From NCBI GenBank assembly GCA_951406725.2, contig OX597822.1:21266001-21330000 (forward strand): a stretch of DNA of 64,000 bases. The letters run 5' to 3'. This DNA is from Octopus vulgaris. Lineage: Eukaryota. Positions 36,573-50,568 of the stretch are shown piece after piece; positions within the stretch are counted from its first letter, which is position 1, and each line of letters begins with the position of its first letter. Made by a program: the position numbers and the translations under genes. The notes beneath the pieces are model-generated. The model was not told the origin of the DNA. It was given only the letters and a program-made list of their open reading frames with translations, and did no database searches.

Positions 36573-37356
36573 CATCATCATCATCATTATCATTATTGAT
36601 ACTTTTATGGTCTGGTGGCAGGAACTGTGTCCATGGATTCAGCAGACCACTGAAGTCTGGTCATATTGAGGTCATTCACATTCTGCTTAATCTGTTGCAA
36701 TTCAATAACTACAAGGAAGATACGTACAGGGAAGAAATCCAGGAAAGAAAGGACTGGGTGTTGTGACTAGTGCAGGACCTGGAGAGAGGTAAATAAAATA
36801 TGATGAAAGAATGATGAGTAGAGAATCGAGGTAGTATGAGAGACCAGTCAAATCCAAGGAATAGAGGATATTGTAGTAATAGAAGAATGACAGAGAGAAG
36901 AGATAACACATGTAATGATCATAGATTGGTGTGTAAGTGAAATTATGTCAACCATTTGAGTGGTATTTCTCTTGATGTGGTTTGTGTATAGAGGGAAGTA
37001 CTATTCCTGATATTAAAGTTGGGTCATTCTAGTGGGCCATTCTTGAGAATATTAGAGGGCTCAATGAGAAATGAAATATGTTCTTAACTTGAAGGAAAAC
37101 CAGACTTTCCAATTCAGTCTTTTATTATGTTAAGGATTTGCCAGGAGAAAAACTGAGTGTTAGTGATTCTTGCATTTTAATTAATTGTGAGGGTTTTTGA
37201 TACATGTCACACATGCTACACGTGTGTAAAAAGAATGAGGTGCAGTGAGGTTTATATATATATATATATATAAGAAAATAAGTTGATAAAGGAATAAACA
37301 ATTATCTTGTGAACTTCATTAGCTTACAGCTGCTTATAGCTTTATTAGAGCCTTAA

Positions 37357-37577
37357 CGCTTTCATTACTGCATTTATTTTGAGATGATCTGTGTTTCTTT
37401 CAATTACTTTAAATATAACAAAAAATTTAGTAAAATAACTTGGTTATCATTAAGCTAGTGTTAGGAACATAAATTGGGACTGAGGTTTGGTGGAAGATTT
37501 TAATTCAATACTTATGAAAACAGGACATTTGTACTACAGAGCCAGAGCCAGTTTCAGCCGGGTTGGTCACAAAAGGG
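37357..37577. mobile_element. piggyBac-type MITE with TTAA target duplication
   Basis: TTAA|CGCTTTCATTAC ... GGTCACAAAAGGG|TTAA. Ends of a related family at ~19322-19425 and ~38345-38370. Confidence 0.7.
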
Positions 37578-37696
37578 TTAAATATGTAGTACTGTTTAGT
37601 CTTGTTATGCCTAAGTGAAATACACACATGCACACATACATACATACATGCGTGCATGCATGCATACATACATACATACATACATACATACATACA

Positions 37697-37727
<31 letters not shown>

Positions 37728-38087
37728 GTGTATGTGTGTGTTTGTATGTATGTGTCCATACATGCATGGCTGAATGGTGAAGTTTCTTTTACAACCACAA
37801 GGTTTGGGGTTTAATCACATTGGGTGATACCTTGAGTATGCATCTTTATCATAGTCTTGAGTTGGCCCAAGATTTGTGAGCAAAATTGCATTAGTGGAAA
37901 TTGTTCAGAATCCATCGGGTAGACTGTGTCTGTAATTCAGTCATGTTACAGTGTTACACTGACTCTACCAGAAAATTATGTTAAAGGTACAAGTGCCTGT
38001 GGAATACTCAACCACTTTGCATGCTAATTCAGTGAGTAGGCCATCTAGTTGATTGAACAACTGGACATTTGTATGTTAAAATCTACA

Positions 38088-38335
38088 GTGGCACAGGAAT
38101 GGCTGTGTGGTAAGTAGCTTGCTTACCAACCACATGGTTCCGGGTTCAGTCCCACTGCGTGGCACCTTGGGCAAGTGTCTTCTACTATAGCCTCGGGCCG
38201 ACCAAAGCCTTGTGAGTGGATTTGGTAGACAGAAACTGAAAAGAAGCCCGTTGTATATATGTATATATATATATGCGTGTGTGTGTTTGTCCCCCTAGCA
38301 TTGCTTGACAACCGATGCTGGTATGTTTATGTCTC
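38088..38335 (+). mobile_element. SINE family A, 5' two-thirds, young
   Basis: ggcacaggaatggctgtgtggtaagtagcttgcttaccaaccacatggttccgggttcagtcccactgcgtggcaccttgggcaag. Confidence 0.9.
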
Positions 38336-38712
38336 TCTTACTGTTAACCATTCAACTTCAGATTACAATTGTTAATTGTTGGAAGTCAAGTAGACTATAA
38401 TATATATATAGTGTTATCATATAGAGTAGAAGTTCAAACTAAGTTTTGAGCTCATTATCTTGTGGTTAGTAATCCATTGCCTTAAATTTGAAGCCATTAA
38501 GTCTTTAAACATTATTTTACTGTGTTTAGTTTTTCGACTGTCACGATGATGTGTTATCACCTTCAAAAATTTAATTGATCACACTGACCTCAGTGCATAT
38601 TCCAATTTGGCATTTATTTTATAGGTCTCTGCTTGATGAACTGCTAACTTTGAGACATAGTGGGACACAATACTCAATTTAACAACAAATGTAAACACAC
38701 ACACACACATAT

Positions 38713-39205
38713 TAGGCGCAGAAATGACTGTGTGATTGAGAAGTTTGCTTGCCAACCACATGGTTCCATGTTCAGTCCCTTTGCATGGTACCTTGGGCAA
38801 ATGTTTTCTGCTATAGCCCTAGGCCAACCACAGACTTGTGACTGAATTTGGTAGATAGAAACTGTAGCGTTGTTCATCAGAAAATGACCGAAAAACATGT
38901 TTATAAAGAGTTGTTTCATACACCTCGTGTGCCAGTTCTTCCCATAACAAAGGAACAAATAATACAATGTGGCTGTAGGTCATAACAATTTGGCAACGCT
39001 GCGGTGCATTGCTAGTGTGTGTGTGTGTGTGTGTATATATATTTGTATGCATTTATGTGTGTGTGTCTGTGTTTGTCCTGCTATCTCTTGACAACTGATG
39101 CTAGTGTGTTTATATCCCCATAACTTAGCAGTTTGGGAACCCTTTAAGGCAGTGTTCCAGCATGGCCACAGTCAAATGATTGAAACAAGTAAAAGAGTAA
39201 AAGAA
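38713..39205 (+). mobile_element. SINE family A with a ~150-bp unrelated insert (~38865-39015)
   Basis: Head at 38713 and tail gttccagcatggccacagtcaaatgattgaaacaagtaaaagagtaaaag. Confidence 0.75.
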
Positions 39206-39232
39206 TATATATATATATATATAGTTCATGAC

Positions 39233-39558
39233 AACCAGCCTCCGTGCCGGTGGCACCTAAAAAGCACCATCCGACCGTGGCTGTTGCCAGCTTCGTCTGG
39301 TCCCCGTGCCGGTGGCACGTAAAAGGCACCATCCGATCGTGGTTGTTTGCCAGCCTCGTCTGCCACCTGTGCCGGTGGCACGTAAAAGGCACCCACTACA
39401 CTCACGGAGTGGTTGGCGTTAGGAAGGGCATCCAGCTGTAGAAACACTGCCAGATCAGACTGGGCCTGGTGCAGCCTTCTGGCTTCCCAGACCCCAGTTG
39501 AACCGTCCAACCGGTGCCAGCATGGAAAGCGGACGTTAAATGATGATGATGATGATGA

Positions 39559-39562
<4 letters not shown>
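39233..39562 (+). mobile_element. RTE 3' UTR fragment with three repeat units and (GAT)n tail, in (TA)n
   Basis: Reverse-complement equivalent of 6741-7100. Confidence 0.88.
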
Positions 39563-39598
<36 letters not shown>

Positions 39599-40152
39599 TT
39601 CTTTGTAATCACTGTTTTCTGTGACACCTTTTTCTTTGCTGATATCTCTGTTTATTCATCTTTCACTACACTTTTGTTCTATTTGTGATTTCTCAAATTT
39701 AAGTGTTTACATGTTGGTTGTTGGTGCAAATGATTTCATAGCTTATTTGTGAACTGAAGCTTAATTCCTGTTGGCATCATTAAACACATAAGTGAATATT
39801 AAAGCAATCTACATGTTTATTGTATTATTAATTAGATATAATTAGAAAATGCTGGATGCTGTTTAGATCATTATTTTATTTCCTACAGCTGTGGCCATGC
39901 ACAAATCACTGAAGTCTGTAACAACTAAGATTTCACTCTTAATTAGGAAATCATTCTTAATGAGTTATAAATTATTTCTCATTAAGATATTTAGCACTAA
40001 TTTATTATTTCTAAATAGTGAAATGAAGAGAGATGATATGCTTTTACAGGTTTTCGCTATGGTTTTTTTTTAAGCAGTTCTTATTTTCATCAATCTGCAT
40101 TTATCACATAGTACCATTTTAACAAGTACACACACACACACACAAACTCTCA

Positions 40153-40183
<31 letters not shown>

Positions 40184-42911
40184 GCTCTCTATCTCTCACT
40201 CATCATCATCATCTAAGTAAATTCCCCCCATTTGACATTGTTGAACATGGAGTTACAGAAGAGAAAATTATGAAGGGAATCATGAAGTGAAATTGGACCT
40301 AGAATGCCATAGTTGCAATACAAAATTCTTAAACAACATGATATGGCTTCTATCTATGTGTAGATGTTTAGTGGGGAAAAGATATAAAATGAAAATACAA
40401 TAGTGCAATATATTAAAAACTGTTTCTTGGGTCTCACTTATACTACCTTCTCCCATAGAATTTGAAGATGACATTGCAAGTGAGAGGTGTCAACTGTTGG
40501 AAGGAATGTGAAAAGTATGAAGACTGGGTTAAGTTAGATGCCTCAGCCAGGAATAAAAACTGCTTTCTAAAAGTTTACCATCATTATTCATCAACACAGT
40601 TACTACAAAAGGAAATAAAGCTCTTATACTTTGGTGTATAAATTGACTGCAATGTTGGAGAGGAGGGGTGTAGCTGATTGAATCAACTCTTTATGTATTA
40701 AGTGGTCCTTAAATTATCAATATGGGAGGAATGAAAGACAGTCTATCACAATGAGATTTAAACAATTTAAAGGAATACAACTAAATACTGCAATGAATTT
40801 AGTATTATTTCTTCCATTTGTTCTTTCTTTTATAAAGGTGTAATTATTTATGGCTAGGAATTTGAATCTGAGTTAGAAAGAAAATTTAGCAGAACTTACA
40901 GCTGTATAATGGGTGTCAGCTTTAATTACTTACAAACAATGGAAGTACATCAAAGTAGTCTTTGTTTTTACATTGGAAGGAATTAGTACTGGCAGCAGGA
41001 AGAGGTAATGTTATTAACAGTGAGCTTTTGAACAACTTGAAGTGAGAAGCAGATCAGTTGCTTCGTAATCTCATGGGATGGCAGTTTTTGTTTATCAGGA
41101 CATAAATTCTTAGCCAGGTCTGGAGCGTCAGTTTTAGAAAGCTGCTTGGAAGACAAGCTATTTAATGTTAACAGTTATTTCAATAAGAATTGCAAAGTAA
41201 GATTTTTAGTTTACCATAGTGACTGTCGACCTTTTTCTGGCATAAGCAAAAGCAAAAAATTACAGACACATGCTCTAAAGCAACTTTAGAGTTTCTTTTC
41301 TACTAGTGTCTTCCTATTGAATATTCTTTCTGCTTCACTTGTAACAGCAACATTCTACAGTAAACATCACCTTACACAGCAGGTAAACAACACATTTACA
41401 CCACCTGTTCACATAAAGAACCACACATTGGCTAATGTAATCTTTGGTATGCACAAATTTATTGGGAGGGTCATACATGAAATGCCTTTGATAATAGACT
41501 GTCCAATTAAGTTCTCAAATGAGGGTTGCCGTTAGTGAAAACTTCTCACCTATTTTATTGCAAAGTAATCTTTCCTTATGGCCAACCAGTTTGCTCAGGG
41601 AAGATTAGAAACAAGTAATACCACTTCTGTTGATGCTTTTTTAAATACCACTTGAAGGTGATGCTTTTTTTTTATAACCATCATATCATTTTGGAACAAG
41701 GATGCATAACAGTACTAAATGTGAAAACCAGTAAGATTGGCATTAGAGGTTATTCAGGCTACAAAATGCCTCATCCCACCCATACCAACATGAAAAAGCA
41801 GATTAAAAAATAAAAAAAATAATGATAATGAAATTTGCTCTTTTTCACCTATCATACAACAGTCATCCATTGTTTCATCAAATAATTCCTGCAACTGTAG
41901 ATGCTTATAAATCCTTTCATTAAGGAACCTCTGCAGAATTATTGGTATTGCATATTATGTGCTGTTTGTTTTGTTTGGATTACAAACTCTATGCAGGACT
42001 CAATACTAAAAGCTGAGTGAATGGAAAGGAAATGTTTTATTAAATTCTGCCCAATTTAGTCCACAGGGGTCTTTTCTACCAGTTAAAATTACCACAAAGA
42101 ATTTGTACATATAGTTATATTGTATTGTAGGTAATGGTAATGGAAGGAAAGAGGTAAATGGGGGATTGTGAGAAGAATATTAATGGAATGTGTTTATACA
42201 ATAGCTTTAGTTAGACAAACAATATATTCTAAATTTTATTTCACTTATTTTTTTCATTATAGTATATTATGTTTATTCATTTTTATCACTTATTTAAATT
42301 TATTCTATCCAAATTTGACCCAAGTTTTTCTATAAACACCTTCCATTAATATTCTCTCATATAATGTTACAGCTCACATTTCCCCACTTCCATTGTTTTC
42401 CTTCCTTCTTTCCTTCCCATCCATTACAATTTAGCTACACACATACACAGATACTTCCTGATATTAAACCATTTGAAAAGCATGCCACCCACTGCACAGA
42501 GAGAACCAAGTGTACACCTGTCGTAGAAGGTAACAGTGAAAACATTATAACTACAAATATCTATTTTATCATCTCTGTTAAATAGGATTCATAAGCTAAG
42601 GGGGAAATATAGTGCTGAAGCAAGTGGGCAATAAGTAGGTCAGCATTTCAGTTTCTTGCTTTCAAATTCTACTGTAGATTTTTTTCCTAGTTTGATGAGT
42701 TATAAATATGTATGGGTGTGTGTATGTAGATGTTTGCTTCCATGTTCAATTATAATAAGAATAATTTAACATTAAACTGAAGAATTACTTAAAACATTTT
42801 TGTAGAGTACATATTTATTCTTCATTTACATGAAGAGGGTTGACTGCGACTTGGAAGTTTCAGCCTACTAACTTTTATTGGAGGGTCTGTCGAAGGTGAA
42901 GACATGCTGAG

Positions 42912-43430
42912 CTTGTGACTACTGAGGACATGCGTAAGCTTGCAAAGAATGAAGCCAGTATGCTCAGCTGGATGTGGAATGTCAGTGTGCATGCACAACA
43001 GAGTGTAAGTGCCTTGAGAGAAAAGTTGGACCTAAGAAGCATCAGATGTGGTGTACAAGAGACACAACTGTGCTGGTATGGTCATGTGGTGAGAATGGAT
43101 GAGGATAGCTGTGTGGAAAAGTGTCACACCCTAGCAGTAGAGGGAACCTGTGGAAAAAGTAGACCCAGGAAGACCTGGGATGAGGTGGTGAAGCACGACC
43201 TTCAAACATGGGACCTCACTGAGGCAATAACTAGTGACCGAGACCTTTGGAAATATGCTGTGCTTGGGAAGACCCGGCAAGCCAAGTGAGACCATAACCC
43301 GTGGTCTATGCCAGTGGTGTAACCAGCCCACTTATGCGTACCTTTCTTTCATTGGACACTAAACTCTGCTTGTGAGGACCTATTGAGGCAAGTGAAATCG
43401 AAATCAAATTCACTGACATTGCCAATGACA
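42912..43430 (+). pseudogene. RTE LINE ORF C-terminus and start of 3' UTR
   Basis: LAKNEASMLSWMWNVS..LCWYGHVVRMDEDSCVEKC..GKSRPRKTWDEVVKHDL..DRDLWKYAV. Confidence 0.92.
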
Positions 43431-44399
43431 GCACCACTTAATTAAGCTATTTTATTTCCTTTGCTATCGTGTTCTGCCCTACTTGATTATTTCATTTTAT
43501 TTCTTTATTATTTTATAATTAGCCTTTATTTATTTATAAAATTAATCTAATTTTTGTATCTCTATAAATTCATACTTAGCTTATATAAAACTATACTGGT
43601 ATATTCACTACTTATTAAAAAAAACTGCTTAAATTATAATTTTATTAATATATAATTAGCATGTTCCTTTACCTCAATACTCCTTTATTAATACCAGTAT
43701 ATACCAATTAATCAATATTCACAGATACCTTCTGATGAGTTAGTATTTTAGTGTACAATATATATAAATATTAAACTATTTCTGGATAATTTCTTTTCCT
43801 CCCTCTATTGTGGTAAAAGTTTGGTGTATACTCAAAAGTATTCATAAATTTCTATCCTTTTGTTATAATATTCTTCTTAATAATCCTCTGAATAACCCTA
43901 AACTTTAACTGTATACAATATAGCAACATTGTTTAAAATATTTAACTATAGTGTTACATGATAAGACTTCTCCTGTTTCATTATCAATGGTCTGCTAGTG
44001 GGCAACCCTCTTAATTGTCAGCTAACATCTTGTTTTAAGTTTTCCTTTACCAAACCTCATGATATTGCTTCTAATAAACTTGATTTTTATGACTATACCA
44101 ACTATGATGTCTGTCTGCTCCCTCAGCCCTACCCCTAACAGATATTGCCCTCTGTTCTCTCAGCTTTAGATATACAAGAGTTTTGATAAATTAGTCTATA
44201 AATTAGAATTGACCCATAAAAACAAAACAATCAGTGACAGGGAGAGTCTGTAACAATGTATATCTTCTTGAAAAGCTTAGTAACTTCTATGCTGGAGTAA
44301 GAACAGCATGTTCTTTGTCTATCTCCCTAACTTCTTGGAGATTTTAGGTATAATTATACTAATGTGTCCATCTGTTCTAATTTAATTATATTCTGTCTT

Positions 44400-44608
44400 T
44401 GTGCAGCTGAGGATTGTTCTGCATTTTAAGTAGATGTAATGATTGCTTTGCTCAATTAAGTGAAGTTGCATGAAACGATCATATTGCATTACCTCTGGAT
44501 ATCCTTGTTGCTTATTTTGATTTTAAATACCTTACTTTGAGGCACCAGAATTTAGCACGGTATTATCCATACAATTTCAAATATACCATATTCATCTGAA
44601 CCTAAATA
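44400..44608 (+). mobile_element. Second copy of the 2085-2270 repeat, with an internal segment inverted
   Basis: Flanks match the reverse complement of 2090-2113 and 2165-2237; the middle matches 2122-2157 directly. Confidence 0.6.
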
Positions 44609-45112
44609 TATATATATGTATATATGTCAAGTTATTTCAGAAACTTTGTGACACACACGCTTAAACCATTCACTAATGTGTTTAGAAACCGTTGGCTTAA
44701 AGTCGTTATTACCTGAATATGTATACATTTGTATATTTGTGTATGTATACTCATCTTTCTCCCTCTCTGTCTTATCTACTTGCCTCACTGTAAATTTAAA
44801 CCTTCTCTCTCTGTATATGTTTACCACTCTCTCTTACTCTATGTGTGTGTGTGTATATATCTCATTCTGCATCTATGTGTCAGTGTGTGTATATGCATGT
44901 GAATAAGGAATTTTATCAGGGTGACAGAGTTGAAAGACTTTCACAAAGCTTCAGCAGGGAGCTTGGTAGACACCTGAACAGAGAATGGACAGACTTGATG
45001 TTATGTGAACATGAGCCTCTGTTTTGTGGTCTCATGCCATACCCCAGCATTAGATGTATTCATTAGATGATAAGCGCGCAGAGTCTCTGTTACATACACA
45101 AGATACAGCATC

Positions 45113-45328
45113 TCATTTCAATTCAAATGACTTGAATTTGCAGTAAGTTTTAGTTATGCCATGACCATAAACTAAACTCAAGCATAAATGATTTTGGCTG
45201 CCAGTTTATTCCTCAAAGAGCCCTGCTTCACTCATGGTCAGCTTTATGTTGGATGTTCAAGAGTGGATAATTAGATAAATCTTTACATCTATGCTCCAAA
45301 TGGAAAACCAAAATACTTCATTTATTGA
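45113..45328 (+). pseudogene. Helitron RepHel PIF1-helicase C-terminal remnant
   Basis: One frame: SFQFK*LEFAVSFSYAMTIN*TQA*..LFLKEPCFTHGQLYVGCSRVDN*INLYIYAPNGK, matching helicase motifs V/VI (FAMTINKSQG, CFSHGQLYVACSRV). Confidence 0.88.
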
Positions 45329-46779
45329 AACATTTATAATGGCCCCAAATGATGCAGAAAGCTGTCTTGATCAAGAGGTCTATCCATCAGGGATGACATT
45401 GTCTGACATGGATTGAAACAAGAAAATGAAATAAAGGCACTCTATTGGGAAAATTTCCTGGCGGGCTACTCAAGCAGCATATTATTGGTTATGTCATATG
45501 ATGGCATATGACTGATCAGAATGTTACTACTTCATAATTGCTGTGCTCAATTTTGTCTGGTCCCAGATCAACCCTGATTGAGCAGGACTGTCATCAGAGA
45601 CATTCTAACCATGACCTTCCTGTCCTTTTATATCTGTAGCTATATTATTTACTATGGATGAGAGCTATTAACCAATGACTACTTCCATCCAAACAAAAAA
45701 ATAATTCAAGTTAGAGCTATATTGATGAACAATAACATGCACCAACAAGTATCAAACATCATAATGGTATAAGCAATTACCCAGGGACTCCATTCATCCA
45801 CATGAAAAATAACAGTCAAGTTGAGTCTATCATACTTAATGTAGTGTGGAAGATATATTTAGTCGGAAATGGAAACCAGGTCAAAAGAGGTCATAGTCAA
45901 ATCTCTAGATAGTCCCCTGCTGCTATAACAGTTACAAATTGCCAAGCAGCAACCAATATTTCACATGATTAAAAATACATTAACTTTATACAGATCTGAA
46001 AATCATGTACAGATGGTTTTCAAAAGTCATATACTAAATGATGTTTATATACATGTATACATCTGTGTGAATACGTGCATATGTATATATGGACATGTGC
46101 ATATACGTGAATGTGTATATATACATATATGTGTGTTTCTTAATATATGTGCTTGCATGATGATGTCTTTGTATAAATTTTTGCTTTTAGTATAATTATA
46201 CATATATATATATATGAAGGATCACTTCATATGTTTAAGTAGTCTATCATATATTTATTTTCACGAGGAAAATGTTGACAGTGACATCAAAGTTTTATTA
46301 TAACTGAGCTGCTCTTTCAAAGTTATTGTCAGCCTTTTCCTTGTAAATATCTATGCATATATAATTCTTCATAGCCATGGCAGGACCAATAACCAGTCGA
46401 AAGAATCCATTATACTTATGATGTATGGTATCACACTAAGCTCCAGCTGAGATTTGGTGTGAATTCCCTGATATCTTTGTCTCCAGATTCATAAATAAAC
46501 CAGAAGATAAGTATAGAGTGTAATTGAAATTAAAAAAATGAACAAGATTTTAAGGCTCTGATGGAACTGTCATACTGTCACTCAACTCTTGGTACAACTC
46601 CCTCATGCTAACTAGATACAATTTTAAGTCATTGAATATGATGACATAACTTCTGTTATTTCATCATTCATATACTAATATCTATCTACCTAACTACTTA
46701 TCTATCTCTCTCCCTCTCTCCCTCTCTCTCTCTCTCCATCCATCCATCTATGTTTATGGCTGCATGCCTGCCTGCCTAC

Positions 46780-46992
46780 AGTGGTAAGCTAGCAGAATGG
46801 TTAGCATGTAGGGCAAAATGCTTAGTAGCATTTCATCCATCTTTACATTCTGAGTTCAAGTTCAGGTGAGGTCAACTTCGTCTTTCATCCTTTTGAGGTT
46901 GATAAAATAATTACCAGTTGAGTACTGGGGGGTCGGTGTAATAGACTTACACCCCTCCCTAGAAATTACTGCTCGTGTCAAAATTTGAAATC
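46780..46992 (+). mobile_element. SINE family B
   Basis: gtggtaagctagcagaatggttagc..ttctgagttcaag..tttcatccttttgaggttgataaaat, tail gtgtcaaaatttgaaatc. Confidence 0.8.
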
Positions 46993-47049
46993 ATCTCTCT
47001 CTCCCTATCTCTCTCTGTCTGCTTATTCTATCTGTCTATCTATCTGTCC

Positions 47050-47113
<64 letters not shown>

Positions 47114-47191
47114 GTCTATCTCTATCTGTCTATATCTATCTACCTAGTTATCTATCTATCTATCCATCCATCCATCCATCCATCCATCCAG

Positions 47192-48801
47192 ACCATTTAA
47201 CATCATGCGTTCGGTTCATCAAGGATGCCCTCTCTCATCACTTCTGTATGTATTGACACTTGAGCCACTACTGCAGAAGCTGGCAATGCTGAGGGGCATC
47301 CCATGACAGCTGGGATGTGGGAGGAGCATGTCTGCATACGCGGATGATGTCACCGTCATAGTGTCGAGCCACAAGCACATCGACCTGGTCAGCGAGACAC
47401 TAAAAGAATACGAAGCAGTAACAGGAGCAAAAATTAACCGGGAAAAGTCAGTGGTCTTGTGGCTTGGCACCTGGAGAAGCAAGCCCATGCTATCCAACAG
47501 CATCTCCATTGTGGGACGGTGGACCGTTGTCGATTACCATCTGACCGTTGTGCCTTGTCCCAACTCTGCCATCACCAAACTGGAATGCATACTGTTTCGC
47601 TTGTTGTGGAAATGAAAAGTTCCAATGGAAGGCTAGGCATGCCGTGGTTGATGATGCGCAGACATGTGCTGAGTCTGCAACATCTCTGGCACTTCATAGA
47701 TGACAGTGAACAGATGTGGTCACTGTTTGTGTGGCGTGCTTTCCCCGCAGCTCATCTTCTTGGCCTAATTTCAGTCACGGATCAAACAGAGACCAAGGCT
47801 AGGCGAATGGTGCCATGATTGTTGCATTGCTCTCAAGCAACTCTGTTGTCCAGGACCAAACTTGTGCGACTTCATTACAACAAAGGTGTTCTATAGAGGA
47901 TTAGTGGAGGGGAGGTGCGATGATGTTCTCGGGCAGAATCTGGGTGTCGATGAGGAACACCTGACCCACCTGTTCAGGACAACTTTTGGGTCGGGACCTA
48001 TGGTCTATCACCAAAGATCCCTGGCCTAGCAGTGCTTTTGAGAAGCATTATCCATTTGGGATAAGCTCTACAGGCACGGTTCGAGACACACTGGACTGAC
48101 TTGCCTGAGATGCGGTCAAGGTGATGAAACCATTCTGCATGCACTCGTGCAGTGTCCAACCATTTCGGACCTGTGGGCTTATGCCAAACAGCTGCTGTCA
48201 CATGTGGGACGAGTCCATCTGTTGGCCGAGTCTCTCGTGACAATTGCTCTGCCATCTTCATAGTACTGGTGGCCATCGTGAAAGAGTGTGTGTGGTGGAC
48301 TCAAGTGAACGGATTAGAGACAAACACCTACCTCTCTGGCCAATCGCTCGTCAACTCTTTCAAGTACCACTTGAAAAGGAAGGTGAGAATGGAGTGGCAG
48401 GTTTTGTTTCATGAAAGTTTCAAAAAAAGGTAGGTGAATGTAGAAAAGATGGTGCATGTGAGTGACGAAACCACTTGAGCATGATCCTGTAAATCGAAAA
48501 AGAGAGAGAGAGGGAGCACTTTGCTCTCATGTGTTTATTTTCCACCCTGCCTGAGGTTACTGTGGTCTTTTCCGTAGGTTTTTCTTTCCACAGATAAACC
48601 TAATCTTACTCTTCACATTTTCAAAACTCTTCTGTTATACAAGATCCCTTTTGATCTTTTTTCTTCCCCAACCCCCGATCCCTTTTGATCGGAATTTTAC
48701 TTTGTTTCTTATTTTTCCCCTTTTTTCCATTTTTGAAAAGAAAAACTCTACATTTGTATTTGTCCCCTAAGTGTTCAGCCCTGTGTGGCCAATAAAGAAA
48801 G
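47192..48801 (+). pseudogene. Tx1/L1-clade LINE, 5'-truncated (RT half, Zn-knuckle, 3' UTR), in a (TATC/CATC)n tract
   Basis: SVHQGCPLS.., LYVLTLEPLLQKL, SAYADDVTV, YEAVTGAKINREKS, GRLGMPWL, CLRCGQGDETILHALVQC. Ends ccaataaagaaag followed by (TATC)n. Confidence 0.9.
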
Positions 48802-49048
48802 TTATCTATCTATCTATCTGCCTGGATGCATGCTTGCCTGTCTACAGTGGTGAGCTATTGTGTGTTTGCATGAAAATAAATGTGTGTGTGTGTGTGTGCA
48901 TGCATACACACACATGCACATAGATATTTATCTAGTCATGATACATGAGATATATAAGGTATCAAGAAAATACGAACAATTTGTAACAGATTTTTATTTC
49001 TAAATGAATACCTGTTGATAACTTCACTCCTCCATCATTACTTTAGCA

Positions 49049-49089
<41 letters not shown>

Positions 49090-49139
49090 CAAAACAAAAA
49101 ATAATAACACCACCTTTGAAAGAAACAAACAAGTGATTA

Positions 49140-49492
49140 CTCTTACTCTTTTACATGTTTCAGTCATTTGACTGTGGCCATGCTGGAGCACCACCTTTAG
49201 TCGAGCAAATAGACCCCAGGACTTAGTCTTTGTAAGCCTAGTACTTATTCAATCGATCTCTTTTACTGAACCGCTACGTTACGGAGACGTAAACACACCA
49301 GCAGCTGTTGTCAAGCAATGTTGAGGGGACAAACACACACGACGGACTTTTTTCAGTTTCCGTCTACCAAATCCACTCACAAGGCTTTGGTTGGCCCCAG
49401 GCTATAGCAGAAGATACTTGCCCAAGGTGCCACACAGTGGGACTTAACCCAGAACCATGTGGCTCATAAGCAAGCTACTTACCACACAGCTC
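49140..49492 (-). mobile_element. SINE family A
   Basis: Collinear with 8245-8641. Confidence 0.88.
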
Positions 49493-49839
49493 ATTTTTTT
49501 TCTCTATATTAAACACGCCACTATTATAATGATATTAAATTAGATAAATTCCATTAAAACTAAAATAATTATCCTGTTTAGAGACTGTTGTTTGCTATTT
49601 GAAATTATTAAATTTTTATTTTTCATAAACATTTCATTTAAAGAAATTTAAATCAAAACCTATCAAATAAAGGAATTAAAATATTACCAACATTCTCTAA
49701 AGTGCTACAGAGCATCTTAAGATGACATTAACCAAACAATAACATTATGATAAACTAAGCTTCTTTATTTTAGTCATATTCCATTTCAGTTTTCTTTTCT
49801 TTATTGTGTTCATTTTTTACTTTCATACTCCGTATTTTA

Positions 49840-50518
49840 GCATGCCAGGAGAAATGCTTAACAACATTTCATCCATCCTTACATTCTGAGTTCAAATACC
49901 TTCAGGGATGACTTTGCTTTCATCCTTTTGGGGTTGATAGAATAAGTACCAGTTGTGTACCAGGGTTGATTTAATCAACTAATCTCCTCCCACTAAAATT
50001 TCAGGGCTTGTGCTTATAATAGAAAGGATTATTATTATTCTTATTAAGGTGGCAAGCTGACAGAACTGTGAACACACTGGACAAACTGCTTGCAGAGTTT
50101 CATTTGCTTTTATGTTCTGAGTTCAAATTCTGCTGAGGTTGACTTTACTTTTCCTCCTTTTGTGGAGGTTGATAAAATATGTACATGTTCAGCACCGGGG
50201 TGGGTGAAAGGAGTGATGCAATTAACTACCCCTTCACTTAAATTTCTGGCTTTGTGCCAAAATTTGAAACCTTCATCATTATTATCAGGGTTACTATTAT
50301 CATTAAGGTGGAGAGCTGGCAGAATTGCTAGTACACTCAACAAAATGCTTAATGGCATTTTGTCTGTTCTCATGATCTGCATTCAAATTCTGCTGAGGTC
50401 GACTTTTCCTTTCATCTCTTTGAGGTCAATAAAATAAATATCAGTTGAGAATTGGGGTTGATGAAATTGACTAGCCCCCTCCTCCAAAATTTCAGGACTT
50501 GTGCCTACAACAGAAAGG

Positions 50519-50566
<48 letters not shown>
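49840..50566 (+). mobile_element. Three head-to-tail SINE family B copies (~49840-50040, 50047-50285, 50305-50520) with (ATT)n tails
   Basis: Repeated heads aaggtggcaagctgacag and aaggtggagagctggcag directly follow the previous (ATT)n tail. Confidence 0.85.

Positions 50567-50568
<2 letters not shown>

Noticed and set aside
43725-43850. CTGATGAG followed distantly by CTCAAAAG, a possible hammerhead
   Set aside because: No GAAA and no convincing stems I or III.
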